Assembly (NCBI GenBank): GCA_038823825.1
Contig: JAWBCC010000002.1
Span: forward strand, 60,001 to 92,000
Direction of reading: 5' to 3'
Length of the DNA stretch: 32,000 nucleotides
From: Candidatus Hadarchaeales archaeon
GTDB taxonomy: Archaea; Hadarchaeota; Hadarchaeia; Hadarchaeales; Hadarchaeaceae
Positions within the stretch are counted from its first letter, which is position 1. Every line of letters begins with the position of its first letter. Shown piece by piece: positions 9,912-19,395 of this stretch. The notes beneath the pieces are model-generated. The model was given only the letters and a program-made list of their open reading frames with translations, was not told the origin of the DNA and searched no databases. A program made the translations under genes and the position numbers.

Positions 9912-9986
9912 TGGGGTCGCCGGGATTTGAACCCAGGTCACCGGCTCCCGAAGCCGGCAGGATAGACCAGGCTACCCCACGACCCC
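9912..9986 (-). tRNA. tRNA-Pro (CGG)
   Basis: Minus strand GGGGTCGTGGGGTAGCCTGGTCTATCCTGCCGGCTTCGGGAGCCGGTGACCTGGGTTCAAATCCCGGCGACCCCA. 7-bp acceptor stem, CCGGC/GCCGG anticodon stem with loop TTCGGGA, GGTTCAAAT T-loop. Encoded CCA follows at 9911-9909. No intron. Confidence 0.95.
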
Positions 9987-10052
9987 ATAGATTTCCTCAT
10001 AACAAGAAAGCATTAAATTTGTGGGTCATCCCTTCCAATAAACAGATGTGCA

Positions 10053-11243
10053 TCAACGTTGTTTGGAAAGAAGTTTCTCTATCTCTTTCTCTAACCAGAT
10101 AACAGAGACATCCGGGATGCTGACTTTCGAGCTTCTCCCTCTATGGCCTGCACCAGAAGGTTTGACATCGATAATCCCTAAAGAAGCAAGCCTTCTCATA
10201 CATTCCCAGACTTTGCTCGGCGCTTTTGGCTTTTCTCCGTATTCCTCGCAGACAACCTTGTAACTTTCTCTCACATCACCGGTCAAAACATAGACGCTGC
10301 CGGAGATCTTCAGTTTTCTGGCAATCGCTAAAAGGAGAAGCTTCTCGTGAACACCCAGCTGCTCAATCGCTTCTCTTCTAACCTCAGGATAGACGTCTGA
10401 CTTTGCCTCCCTGACATGCTCAGGAAGCACAGCTTTGGATCCGCTTGCGTCCGCGATGTGCCCCGCTCTCCAAAGAAGCTCTAGTGCAAATCTCGCGTTT
10501 CCATACCTAGCGGCGATCTCTGCCACCATCTCCACTACTTCCTCGGCAACCGCACCCGGTTTGAACGCAAGCTCTAGTCTCTGGTTTATGATATCTTTTA
10601 ACTCTTCGGCATTGTATCCGCTCAGCCTGAGCATGTTGTGTATAAAGGTGCTCCTAGTCGGCTGATCGAGTTTATCTATAAACCCCGGATCTCTCGCTAT
10701 TCCGATCATGCTTATTCTGCTTTTCTTTCCCCTTTCCTCTGCCGCTCTCGTAAGAGCATATATGAGTTCGGAACCGTTTATCTTGATGAAATAATCCAGC
10801 TCGTCAAGGGCGAGCAGCAAATATCTGTCGTGCGTCTCCAGATACATGAGCACCATGTCAAGCAATTTCTCAGGAGGAAGACCATGATATGGCCACCTTG
10901 GATTGTACTTTTGTACAAGCTTTCCGTAAATCGCATGAATCGTTTTATCGAGCCTACAGTTTATGTGCACAAAATCTACGTTCCTTCCCTTTCCGCGTGC
11001 GATTTCCTCGAAAGCTGTACCGAACTTGATCGCAAGAACAGTCTTTCCGACCCCGATTTCTCCGACTATCAAAGTGTGTTGACAAGTACCGTGGGTCAAA
11101 AGGGGGCGGTAAACTCTTGCCAGCCATCTCTGCTCCTCTTCTCTGTGCACGATTGATGGCGGGATGTAATCTGGCAAAAGAACATTTGGATCTCTGAAGA
11201 CTGTCGGCCTACGTAATTCTTCTTCCAAAATCTTTGATGACAT
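10053..11243 (-). CDS. Orc1/Cdc6-family replication initiator AAA+ ATPase
   Basis: 396 aa; Walker A VGEIGVGKT, Walker B LLALDELD, sensor-like region MIGIARDP, GNARFALELL, C-terminal winged-helix-like region. Confidence 0.85.
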   Translation of the reverse strand: MSSKILEEELRRPTVFRDPNVLLPDYIPPSIVHREEEQRWLARVYRPLLTHGTCQHTLIVGEIGVGKTVLAIKFGTAFEEIARGKGRNVDFVHINCRLDKTIHAIYGKLVQKYNPRWPYHGLPPEKLLDMVLMYLETHDRYLLLALDELDYFIKINGSELIYALTRAAEERGKKSRISMIGIARDPGFIDKLDQPTRSTFIHNMLRLSGYNAEELKDIINQRLELAFKPGAVAEEVVEMVAEIAARYGNARFALELLWRAGHIADASGSKAVLPEHVREAKSDVYPEVRREAIEQLGVHEKLLLLAIARKLKISGSVYVLTGDVRESYKVVCEEYGEKPKAPSKVWECMRRLASLGIIDVKPSGAGHRGRSSKVSIPDVSVIWLEKEIEKLLSKQR

Positions 11244-11308
11244 CCAAAAAGATATTCTCGGGAGTTCATAAGAATTAGTTATTAGATATTGAAGACAATC
11301 TTGGCTGG

Positions 11309-11845
11309 ATGCTACTCAGACTTCTCCCTGTCGGCGATGTTAAAGTTGAAATAAACCGACTTGGCAATCTACTCATCGGGAGATTTACCCACTTTTCCAA
11401 GCTGAAAGTTGAGAAACCCTTAAACATTCCCGAAAGTGCTTACGTCGCTGAAAGGAGACAACACGACGCCGGAAGTATTCTCGATCTCCTATCTGGCATT
11501 TCAAGGCCAGGTGAAAAAATTCTTGGAATCACCGGCGTCGATCTCTGCGTAAGGGGAAGCAATCTCAATTTTGTCTTTGGATTGGCCCATTGTCCGGGGA
11601 GAGCCGCTGTTGTCTCCGTCTTCAGGCTGAATCCGGAGCTCTATGGACAAAAGAACGGAGATTTATTTTTTGAGAGAGTGGTAAAGGAATGCGTTCACGA
11701 GCTTGGTCATACATTCGGTCTGAGGCATTGCAGATCTTCACTCTGTGTGATGAATTTTTCGAATTCCATAATCGATGTTGATAGGAAGAGAGATGACTTC
11801 TGCGAGAGTTGCAGACGTTTTCTGAGCGCCGGGGAGGGGATTTGA
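11309..11845 (+). CDS. amzA: Archaemetzincin-family zinc metalloprotease
   Basis: 178 aa; extended zinc motif ECVHELGHTFGLRHCRSSLCVMNFSNS and DFCESC cysteine pair, characteristic of archaemetzincins. Confidence 0.92.
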   Translation: MLLRLLPVGDVKVEINRLGNLLIGRFTHFSKLKVEKPLNIPESAYVAERRQHDAGSILDLLSGISRPGEKILGITGVDLCVRGSNLNFVFGLAHCPGRAAVVSVFRLNPELYGQKNGDLFFERVVKECVHELGHTFGLRHCRSSLCVMNFSNSIIDVDRKRDDFCESCRRFLSAGEGI

Positions 11846-11912
11846 ACCCCTGCGACCCACAAGGGTCACCAGATCTCGAGTCTGGCGCCTTACCTGGCTT
11901 GGCTACCCCGGC
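11827..11912 (-). tRNA. tRNA-Ser (CGA)
   Basis: Minus strand GCCGGGGTAGCCAAGCCAGGTAAGGCGCCAGACTCGAGATCTGGTGACCCTTGTGGGTCGCAGGGGTTCAAATCCCCTCCCCGGCG. Acceptor GCCGGGG/CCCCGGC, CCAGA/TCTGG with loop CTCGAGA, long type II variable arm GACCC..GGGTC, discriminator G. Confidence 0.95.
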
Positions 11913-11947
11913 ACTCAATCAAATATTTGAGTAGGAAAAGTTAAATT

Positions 11948-14900
11948 TTACAGAAAGTCTGCTAAACTGACCTGCTTTATCTCATCACTTTCGAAGATGG
12001 ATTCTATTTCCTTCTTCATCAGCATCAGTCTCTGTTTGGTATATTCGCTCACAGAGTACTTCTTCGCGATCTGCCATGCCATCTGCATGTATTTCTCTAT
12101 GTTTCCACGTGAGACGGTGAGAACCAGCTTACCACCACAATCGCAAATACCCTTAAGCGGGATTCTTCTGTATTTTTTGTTACACACAATGCATCTGACT
12201 TTCTGTGAACCAAATGTTCTCATATTTCCCTTCATGTCTCTCAAGAAGTGATGCTCAACGATTATCTCTGCAACTGTCCTTTCATCGACAGATCTTATAA
12301 CTTTGCCAAGCTCTAGCTGCAACTTCACTTTCTCCTCCATTGTTTCCAAAACTGAATACGCGGACTCTTTTGGTCCGCCTGCGATGTCGCTCGTGTCAAG
12401 GGTGAATCCGAATCTCTCATATTGCTTCTCCGTTCCAAGTCTCTTAGCAACGGTTTCCATAAATTGCAAAACCTCTGATAGACTTTTTCCTTCCCAAGTT
12501 GCTTCATAGAACTCCAGCGGATATCTCCACATGATATCCATGTTGTGAACTTCCTTGTCGACCTCTTCGGGATCTACAAACGGATTAAGAACCAGTGGGG
12601 CATCCATTCTTCCGCCCCTGCCGGCCGGAAGGAACCTTCTGCTGAAGTTTATCAATGGATCCAAGAGAAGCATCACGCAATCTTCGTCCCCATCACAATC
12701 TCTCCTCTTCGCCGCATGGAAATATGGGTGTGCGTAATAAACGTTTGCGTCGACAAAGCCGATTATTCTACCGACAACCCCAACCGACGTGTGAGGGGCA
12801 AGAGCAAGAACAAGATGACCGACGAGATCTTCCTGCGACTTCAGATTGTAGAAGGGTTCAAGCTCGTAAAACTTGACTAGCAGTTCATCGAGAAACTTTG
12901 AAACGCGCAGGAGGTAATCCGCTGCTTTCTTAGATATCACCAAATCCTGAACCTTAAGCTCGAGCAGCTGGTCATCCCTTTCGAGCTGATTCCCATAGAT
13001 GTCTTTCTCATAACCAAGTTTTCTCAACATTTCAACAGAGACGCCTATCTCCTTGGGTCTAAAGTGGGTGAGCGGAACATTTGTTGCATCAAACCTGATT
13101 GTTCCATCCTTGAAGATAAACACCCTGTGTTTGGCTCGAAGAATTCCCTTCTCGAGAGGCTCGGGAATTTTACACTCACTCGTCAATCCCTGAACTCCTT
13201 TCAGAAGAGATGGCTTTTCCTCGCCTATTTTCTCCAAGGCTTTTTTAAGAAGTTCTCTGACGTCAATCGTTATCTTTGCGAACGGAGAAGATGATTTTTT
13301 GTGAATGGTGCAGCGGCCTTCACCGGTCTGACCACATTCGGGACATCCGGTCTTGTATTCCCCCTCGCCGCCGCAAAAATCGCACTTTCTTCCTATGAGT
13401 CTCTTCCCGCACTTTTTGCAGGTTATTATCGCGATCTCTGTTGAAACTTTCTCCGCCTCTACTATGTTTCTTTCTTTTCCACCCTCCTGACCAACAGGAA
13501 ACAAGACATGAACCGGAGGTTTCATCATCCTTTCCTTTGCTTTTTCCGGTCTTCCCATTCTGACCCCTATGAATGTTCCTCCTTTCCTGCGCACCGGAAA
13601 TGGTGCCAGTTTGGAAATTAAATCAAAAGATTCCGCAGGACTCGTGCTCTGGTATATCTGTGTGAATCTTTCAACTGTTAAATTTTGTCCATCCAGAAGC
13701 CCAAGAGTTTTGCACAGAGGAAGAGCATGCTCCTCGATTATGACTTTGTTGTTTTCCACTTTGTGTGGAACTCCTATTTCCTCCAAAAATCTCTTGCAAT
13801 ATTCATCCATCGGAACTTCGAGTTTTTCCAATCCTGACGGACCAAACGAAGCTATTCCGCTGGACAGCCATTTGGCAAGATCAAACAACTCTCCCGGATC
13901 CAAGTCTTCGTAGAAGTATGTATAAGAGGGATGAAGCGGAATTTTGTGTTTTTCGCTTAATTCCACAGCCAGCTGAGGGGAAGGTCTCGGATATGGCGGT
14001 TTTATGTATCTCTGTAAATCTTCTGGGACATCACCGAGCGCTTTTTCAACCTCCTGTGCCCACCACTCCTCGCAATATCCGGCTGGCATCAACTTATGAT
14101 TGTTCTCGAGGAATTCGCCAAAACCGATAAGGATGTCTCCCAAGAAGAGGATCTCGGCGATGTCGTTCTTTACTCTCCTTGCTTCTTCAGCGGAGGACAG
14201 CTGCACAACAGATCCATCTTTCAGTCTCACAATCGGACCTTCAATCGAATCAACTGGTGTGGCCGCTCCTCCTTTTCCAGGTCTCTCCGTCTTCAACTGC
14301 GTTCCGATGGCGATGAAATCTCTGCATATCACCATAGTCGCCGGATGAATTCCGACAGCCGCAATACCTGTTGTTCGCGACCTTCCATATCTCAGCCTGA
14401 AACCTCCACGCGCCCCGGAGCTTCTGGGGAGAGCAAGAACTGGTCGTCCACCTATCGTCTCCTCAAGATATTGATTTGGCTGTCTGAAGGCCTCCTCGAC
14501 CTTTTCCGATCCGACAACCTCCGACAGCCATTCCCATCCGTCGAGGTTGAGTTCTCTCACATATTTCAGAATTTTTGCAGACTTCTGCATTACCCCTTCA
14601 ACGAGAACTAGAATAGCGCCTCCTCGAATCCCGTTGTGTTCGACCCTCGGAAGATTTCTAAAGGAAAAAACCTCGATTTCTTCCGTTGCCTCACCGGTTA
14701 TCTCGATCGGCAAATTCCAAACGTACTTTCTTATTTCTTCCGAAGATGGGACATACTGGCCCGGTGCAACGAACGTTTTATATAGTTCGACCTCCTCGAC
14801 GTACCTTTCAACTTCTTGCTCCGTAGGTTTGTAAGGAGAAAGATAGAGTTTGCGTCTGATGAAATCCGCGAGCAAAACGGAAAGCGCTGCTGGTGTCCCT

Positions 14901-15358
14901 CCGGCTGCTCTTATCGGCCCAGCATAGTAGATTGCTAGATAATTTGTTCTGTCACTGTTTTCCTTTATTTTTACCTCAACGATCCCCTCCAGTGGTGCCA
15001 CGACTACCCCCTCGGTGAGAATCGCAAGCGCGGTCCTAAGGGCCTGTTCAGCTAGTTTTTCTTTGTTTTCTTCCTCCCCAAACTTTCCTTCGACAATCAT
15101 TTCAGCAACTGTAAAGGCAACTCTTTCCTTCTGCTTCAATTTTTCTAGAAGTTCTTTAATGACCTTAGCCACTCCGGGTGGCCCGACTAACTCTTCAACC
15201 CTTTCAGCCATGCTCCCGGCAATCGGTATCTCAACGTACGGCTCTGGATCCAAACCTTTTGATCTGGCTTTCCTCGCGACCTCATAGGCCTTGTCTATCC
15301 CATTTTTAATTTCTTCGAAATATTTCATCATCTCAGGCGAAGCTTGCATCATCAACAA
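11948..15358 (-). CDS. polC: DNA polymerase D (Pol II) large subunit DP2, no intein apparent
   Basis: 1136 aa; PIRAAGGTPAALSVLLADFIR, RSSGARGGFRLRYGRSRTTGIAAVG, FHAAKRRDCDGDEDCVMLLLDPLINFSRRFLPAGRGGRMDAPLVL, paired CxxC zinc motifs. Confidence 0.96.
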   Translation of the reverse strand: MLMMQASPEMMKYFEEIKNGIDKAYEVARKARSKGLDPEPYVEIPIAGSMAERVEELVGPPGVAKVIKELLEKLKQKERVAFTVAEMIVEGKFGEEENKEKLAEQALRTALAILTEGVVVAPLEGIVEVKIKENSDRTNYLAIYYAGPIRAAGGTPAALSVLLADFIRRKLYLSPYKPTEQEVERYVEEVELYKTFVAPGQYVPSSEEIRKYVWNLPIEITGEATEEIEVFSFRNLPRVEHNGIRGGAILVLVEGVMQKSAKILKYVRELNLDGWEWLSEVVGSEKVEEAFRQPNQYLEETIGGRPVLALPRSSGARGGFRLRYGRSRTTGIAAVGIHPATMVICRDFIAIGTQLKTERPGKGGAATPVDSIEGPIVRLKDGSVVQLSSAEEARRVKNDIAEILFLGDILIGFGEFLENNHKLMPAGYCEEWWAQEVEKALGDVPEDLQRYIKPPYPRPSPQLAVELSEKHKIPLHPSYTYFYEDLDPGELFDLAKWLSSGIASFGPSGLEKLEVPMDEYCKRFLEEIGVPHKVENNKVIIEEHALPLCKTLGLLDGQNLTVERFTQIYQSTSPAESFDLISKLAPFPVRRKGGTFIGVRMGRPEKAKERMMKPPVHVLFPVGQEGGKERNIVEAEKVSTEIAIITCKKCGKRLIGRKCDFCGGEGEYKTGCPECGQTGEGRCTIHKKSSSPFAKITIDVRELLKKALEKIGEEKPSLLKGVQGLTSECKIPEPLEKGILRAKHRVFIFKDGTIRFDATNVPLTHFRPKEIGVSVEMLRKLGYEKDIYGNQLERDDQLLELKVQDLVISKKAADYLLRVSKFLDELLVKFYELEPFYNLKSQEDLVGHLVLALAPHTSVGVVGRIIGFVDANVYYAHPYFHAAKRRDCDGDEDCVMLLLDPLINFSRRFLPAGRGGRMDAPLVLNPFVDPEEVDKEVHNMDIMWRYPLEFYEATWEGKSLSEVLQFMETVAKRLGTEKQYERFGFTLDTSDIAGGPKESAYSVLETMEEKVKLQLELGKVIRSVDERTVAEIIVEHHFLRDMKGNMRTFGSQKVRCIVCNKKYRRIPLKGICDCGGKLVLTVSRGNIEKYMQMAWQIAKKYSVSEYTKQRLMLMKKEIESIFESDEIKQVSLADFL

Positions 15359-16109
15359 CCTCTCTCAGCGAGTTAAAAACGAAATCCGGCTGTGGAAGAG
15401 TTTGAGATATCTCCTTTGTCACTCCGGTCAAGACTAGAACAGTTGACAATCCTGCAGCCTTGCCGACCACAACATCCACATCTTGCCTGTCCCCGACAAT
15501 CACAGCTTTTTCTTTTGGTACTTTAGTCATTTTGAGACCAAGCTCGAGCATGAAAGTGGATGGCTTTCCAACAATCTCAGGTTTTTTACCACTACTCGCA
15601 GAGAGAGCGGCTACTATTGCTCCAGCTCCCGGAGCCAGACCGCGATCGGTCGGATATGTTGGGTCTGCATTCGTTGCAACGATTTCTGCTCCGGAAAGTA
15701 AAGCCGAAGTCGCCTCTGCTAGCTTCCTGTACGTGAGTTTGCGATCGAGACCCACCACGACATGCGTCGCTTGCCGAGCATTTTTAACAATCTTCAATTT
15801 AGCCGCATTCAATTCTTCTCGTAAACCAGTTTCTCCCACAACAAAAACCTTTGCTTCAGGACATTTTTCTTTCAAATATGCAGCCGTGGCATAGCCAGAT
15901 GTTATTATTTGGGAAGGTTTCACATCTATCCCGAACTTTGCAAATTTTCTCGCATAACCTTCTCTAGAAAGAGTCGAGTTGTTCGTTAGAAAAATCACTT
16001 TCTTTTTCCTCATTTCCAGCTTTTTAATCGCTTCTTTAGCCCCAGAAATGAGCTTCTCTCCCAGAAAAACTACGCCATCCAAATCGATGAAGAAGAGATC
16101 AAACCTCAT
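15333..16109 (-). CDS. HAD-superfamily phosphatase (NagD / 4-nitrophenylphosphatase-like)
   Basis: 258 aa; FIDLDGVVFLGEKLISGA (DxDGxx motif I), FLTNNST, KPSTFMLELG, VIVGDRQDVDVVVGKAAGLSTVLVLTG. Confidence 0.88.
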   Translation of the reverse strand: MRFDLFFIDLDGVVFLGEKLISGAKEAIKKLEMRKKKVIFLTNNSTLSREGYARKFAKFGIDVKPSQIITSGYATAAYLKEKCPEAKVFVVGETGLREELNAAKLKIVKNARQATHVVVGLDRKLTYRKLAEATSALLSGAEIVATNADPTYPTDRGLAPGAGAIVAALSASSGKKPEIVGKPSTFMLELGLKMTKVPKEKAVIVGDRQDVDVVVGKAAGLSTVLVLTGVTKEISQTLPQPDFVFNSLREVVDDASFA

Positions 16110-17710
16110 ATGAATTTCACCACATCAAGTTGATGTGACATTAGATTAAGAATTGGCACTATACCAGGCGTAGGTGTTACGCCCAGCTTTTTCATGTACT
16201 CTGTTCTCTCTTGGAAGGTTCCGGAATTCACAAGAAAGACTTCTTTGTATTTCTTCTTTCCAAATATATGTAAGTGTCCTGTGTGGAAAACATCGGGGAT
16301 CTCATCTATGACCAACAGATCCTCGCGTTCCGGAGCAAACATAACTTTTCCACCGTAAATCGGTGCCAGATGTCTCTTCTCCAACATCAGTTCCATCAAA
16401 CCTGTCGGCTCTTCCCTTCTTAATCCAGGGACCGAGCAAACTATGTCGTCAAAACTTCGTCCATGATATATCTGAAAATGAACCCCTTCTATGGAAACCA
16501 AGGCCGGATTCCCAACCATGACTGCTTTAAGATCATTATAGAGCTCGGGGCATACATCCTTCTGGATTGCCGGTTGGGGCTCAGCGGATCTAACAGCATC
16601 GTGGTTTCCCGGCGAGATTATGAGCAAGATGTGCTCAGGCAGCTCGGAGAGAATTTTCGCAGCAACCGCATACTGCTTGAATACATCTGGAACCAAAAGT
16701 TCATCATATTGCTCGGGATAAACTCCTATTCCATCCACCAGATCTCCTGCGATTATGATATATTTGACGTTTCCTGCTATTTCTCTCTCTTTCTCCGTCT
16801 CTCCTCCTTCCTTGAGCCACCTGACGAACTTCATGAAGACATTCTCTAGGAACTTGTCGCTTCCTACGTGTAAATCTGAGAGCATGGCTACAGAGACCGG
16901 AATTTCCGCTTTTCTTACTTCTCTTTTAACCGGAACTCCTGGCCACTCGATATCGTCCGCAAAAATTCTAAGCTTATTATAATCGAAATTTACTCTCCCT
17001 TCAACACCAATCACTTCATCGGGAACAACCTTTTCGGCCTTCTCAAGAACCTGCCTATTTCTGGACACAAAAACCATTACGCTGCCCGTTGGATCTTCAA
17101 TCTCTATTGCGATTGTTCCACCCTTTAGAACTTTTTTATCTTTCACCATTCCTATCACGGCAACTTTTTCTCCATTGAAGCTGCGTAAAGATGATATCGA
17201 AAGAGCCCGCTCAAATCTTGGTCTTTCTCTAAGAATCTTCGATAGCTTCTCGAACCTGCTCATGAAAATCCTGTGGAAATCTTCGATTGTGCCCTTTCCT
17301 AGACTCTTCCCCGTAACATCCTTCAGAACCTTCACCTTATGCTCATATTCGGCGGAGATTGGTCTGAATTTCTTATGCGTCAGCTCCCCAACGATCGGTT
17401 CAGGTTCGGGTTTAGCCTCTTCCACTGGTTTTGACGGTTCAAGCAGTGGTTTTACCTCTGGCTGAAGTATTTCCTTAACGATTTCCGCGCCGACCATCAC
17501 GAGAGCCCCATGTTTATCCTTCAAACCCTGAATGACTTTTTCAACAGCCATCTCGACATTCTCAGACGAGAGAATGAGATTTAGCGCTTCTTCAGTCAGC
17601 AGGAGACTCTCTCGAGCAAATTTCCTCGCAATCTCCGCAGTTTCCAAAATCATCACCTCAAGGAGAAAGAGAAGCAAAAATTTCCGGACCAACCAGAGAA
17701 AGAATCGCAT
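16106..17710 (-). CDS. polB: DNA polymerase D (Pol II) small subunit DP1, calcineurin-like exonuclease
   Basis: 534 aa; SDLHVGSDKF, GDLVDGIGVYPEQYDEL, SPGNHDAVR, YHGRSFDDI, HTGHLHIFG. The first 19 residues (MRFFLWLVRKFLLLFLLEV) are probably a false extension; M20 at 17653 is the likelier start. Confidence 0.94.
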   Translation of the reverse strand: MRFFLWLVRKFLLLFLLEVMILETAEIARKFARESLLLTEEALNLILSSENVEMAVEKVIQGLKDKHGALVMVGAEIVKEILQPEVKPLLEPSKPVEEAKPEPEPIVGELTHKKFRPISAEYEHKVKVLKDVTGKSLGKGTIEDFHRIFMSRFEKLSKILRERPRFERALSISSLRSFNGEKVAVIGMVKDKKVLKGGTIAIEIEDPTGSVMVFVSRNRQVLEKAEKVVPDEVIGVEGRVNFDYNKLRIFADDIEWPGVPVKREVRKAEIPVSVAMLSDLHVGSDKFLENVFMKFVRWLKEGGETEKEREIAGNVKYIIIAGDLVDGIGVYPEQYDELLVPDVFKQYAVAAKILSELPEHILLIISPGNHDAVRSAEPQPAIQKDVCPELYNDLKAVMVGNPALVSIEGVHFQIYHGRSFDDIVCSVPGLRREEPTGLMELMLEKRHLAPIYGGKVMFAPEREDLLVIDEIPDVFHTGHLHIFGKKKYKEVFLVNSGTFQERTEYMKKLGVTPTPGIVPILNLMSHQLDVVKFI

Positions 17711-18914
17711 CTTCTTGAACCAGTGCCTGAACCTGCAGCGGATGAATATTGAGTTTTATTTCCTTTGTTCGTCCGTATCTCCCTCTGTTAACAAGTCTGG
17801 CGCAAATTATTCCTAAAAGGTCTAACTCTGCAATCAAATCTTGTACTCTTCTGCTCGTGAGCACATCCGTTCCGCTCTTGTGGCATATCATCTTGTAGTA
17901 CTCGTAAACTTCACCTGTTGTAACAGGCCTTGGTTTTCTTTGTGCTAGAATGGAAATTGCAAGGAGCACGAGTTTTGATTGCAGCGGAAGAGTTTTTATT
18001 ACCTCGACTATATGATCCTGTTCTATCGTTTCATGAGCTTTCCTGACATGCTCAACCGTAACCGTCTCCGCGCCTTCCTCTTCGGCGATTTCTCCCGCAA
18101 CCCTGAGAAGATCAAGAGCTCTTCTAGCATCTCCGTGTTCCCTTGCCGCGTACGCCGCACAAAGCGGAATAACACCTTCCGCAAGCACACCATCACAGAA
18201 ACTCATCCTCGCTCTCTCTTCCAGAATGTCTCTCAACTGATTGGCATTATATGGTGGAAAAACAACTTCTTCACCGCTAAGACTGCTTCTGACCCTCGCA
18301 TCAAGCATGTTTATAAAACTCAGATTGTTCGATATACCTATGATGCAAGTTCTGGCTTTTTTAAGCTCTAGGTTTACTCTGGTGAGACTGTATAGAACGT
18401 CATCCCCTTCTTTTCTGACCAGCTTGTCTATCTCGTCAAGAACAATGACAACCTGCCTGTTCTCCGCATCCAATGTTTTGACGAAGGCCCGATAGACTTC
18501 ATCCAAGGGCCACCCAGTCCTCGGAATTCTGGGGAGATTTTTTACAACTTCCGATTCCTTCATCTGATCTAGCAGCGTTTCGGCGAGAGATGCGAGAACG
18601 CGATAATGTGTGTTCACGATTTCACAATTGAGATAAAGGACATTCACTTTCATTTGCGAGTTTTTGCTCGCTTCTTCCAATTCTTTTCCCACATATCTGA
18701 CCGTGGCCGTTTTGCCCGTCCCAGGCTTGCCGTAGATCAAAACATTTGAAGGTGTTTCACCTCTTAGAGGAGCCGCAAGTATTCTAGCCAGTTGTTTAAC
18801 CTGCTCATCTCTATGGAGAAGCCTGTCCGGAATGTATGTATGTCGTAAAAATTCTCGGTTTTTGAATATCGGTTTCGTCCTCATGATATCCTCAAACAGG
18901 TTCTTTTGAATCAA
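17658..18914 (-). CDS. Orc1/Cdc6-family replication initiator AAA+ ATPase (second copy)
   Basis: 418 aa; IYGKPGTGKTATVRYV Walker A, VIVLDEIDKLV Walker B, IIGISNNLSF sensor 1, GDARRALDLLRVAGEIAE sensor 2, typical Cdc6 C-terminal winged helix. Confidence 0.95.
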   Translation of the reverse strand: MIQKNLFEDIMRTKPIFKNREFLRHTYIPDRLLHRDEQVKQLARILAAPLRGETPSNVLIYGKPGTGKTATVRYVGKELEEASKNSQMKVNVLYLNCEIVNTHYRVLASLAETLLDQMKESEVVKNLPRIPRTGWPLDEVYRAFVKTLDAENRQVVIVLDEIDKLVRKEGDDVLYSLTRVNLELKKARTCIIGISNNLSFINMLDARVRSSLSGEEVVFPPYNANQLRDILEERARMSFCDGVLAEGVIPLCAAYAAREHGDARRALDLLRVAGEIAEEEGAETVTVEHVRKAHETIEQDHIVEVIKTLPLQSKLVLLAISILAQRKPRPVTTGEVYEYYKMICHKSGTDVLTSRRVQDLIAELDLLGIICARLVNRGRYGRTKEIKLNIHPLQVQALVQEDAILSLVGPEIFASLSP

Positions 18915-19395
18915 TTCCAGACACCTCCTCTCCAGCTGGGATTTCCCCCAGCTCGTTCATCCAGCCCTCAACGAACAACGAAAGCTGATTGATGAGAAAT
19001 CTCTCCTCCAACAAAATGTTTTGGTCCTCCTCGGGCGAAAGCACGAATTTCAAAAGTTTAGTTAGCCTGCGATTGAGCAAAATTTTGAATAGGGATGATA
19101 TGGATTTTGCCATGTCCGTATTTCCTTTCTTGATGAGACTGGTTATTGTTCGGCGAACGTTCTCGTAAAAATTCTCCGGAAGCTGCTGCAGAGAATCGCT
19201 CATCTCCTCTGCGAGTATTTTCTTTTTGATCTCGGTCACTGTTATTGTCTCCACCTCGGCAAGACCTTTCTCCTCAAAAACTTCTGCCTCCCAGCGCCAT
19301 AGTTCTGCCCTTTCTCCAGCCTCAAACGGTCCAAGAGTCTTTCCGCCGACCTCCACCTGATCAACATCTTGAAGAAACTTTACCACTAATTTCAT
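18892..19395 (-). CDS. GINS-complex subunit-like protein
   Basis: 167 aa; KFLQDVDQVEVGGKTLGPFEAGERAELWRWEAEVFEEKGLAEV (GINS B-domain-like), then LPENFYENVRRTITSL...KLLKFV (A-domain-like). Positioned between orc1 and mcm. Confidence 0.72.
   Translation of the reverse strand: MKLVVKFLQDVDQVEVGGKTLGPFEAGERAELWRWEAEVFEEKGLAEVETITVTEIKKKILAEEMSDSLQQLPENFYENVRRTITSLIKKGNTDMAKSISSLFKILLNRRLTKLLKFVLSPEEDQNILLEERFLINQLSLFVEGWMNELGEIPAGEEVSGIDSKEPV

Noticed and set aside
11916-11929. Short AT palindrome TCAAATATTTGA upstream of tRNA-Ser
   Set aside because: Short AT-rich palindromes are common in archaeal promoter regions; no second copy or other support for a specific function.
13755-13776. GTTTTCCACTTTGTGTGGAAC, an ORB-like/palindromic string inside polC
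   Set aside because: Lacks the CCAGTGGAAA core and G-string at proper spacing and lies within a conserved coding region.
11948-15358. Intein in the PolD large subunit
   Set aside because: The 1136-aa length and continuity of the conserved DCDGDEDC region leave no room for an intein; the same holds for the 670-aa MCM.
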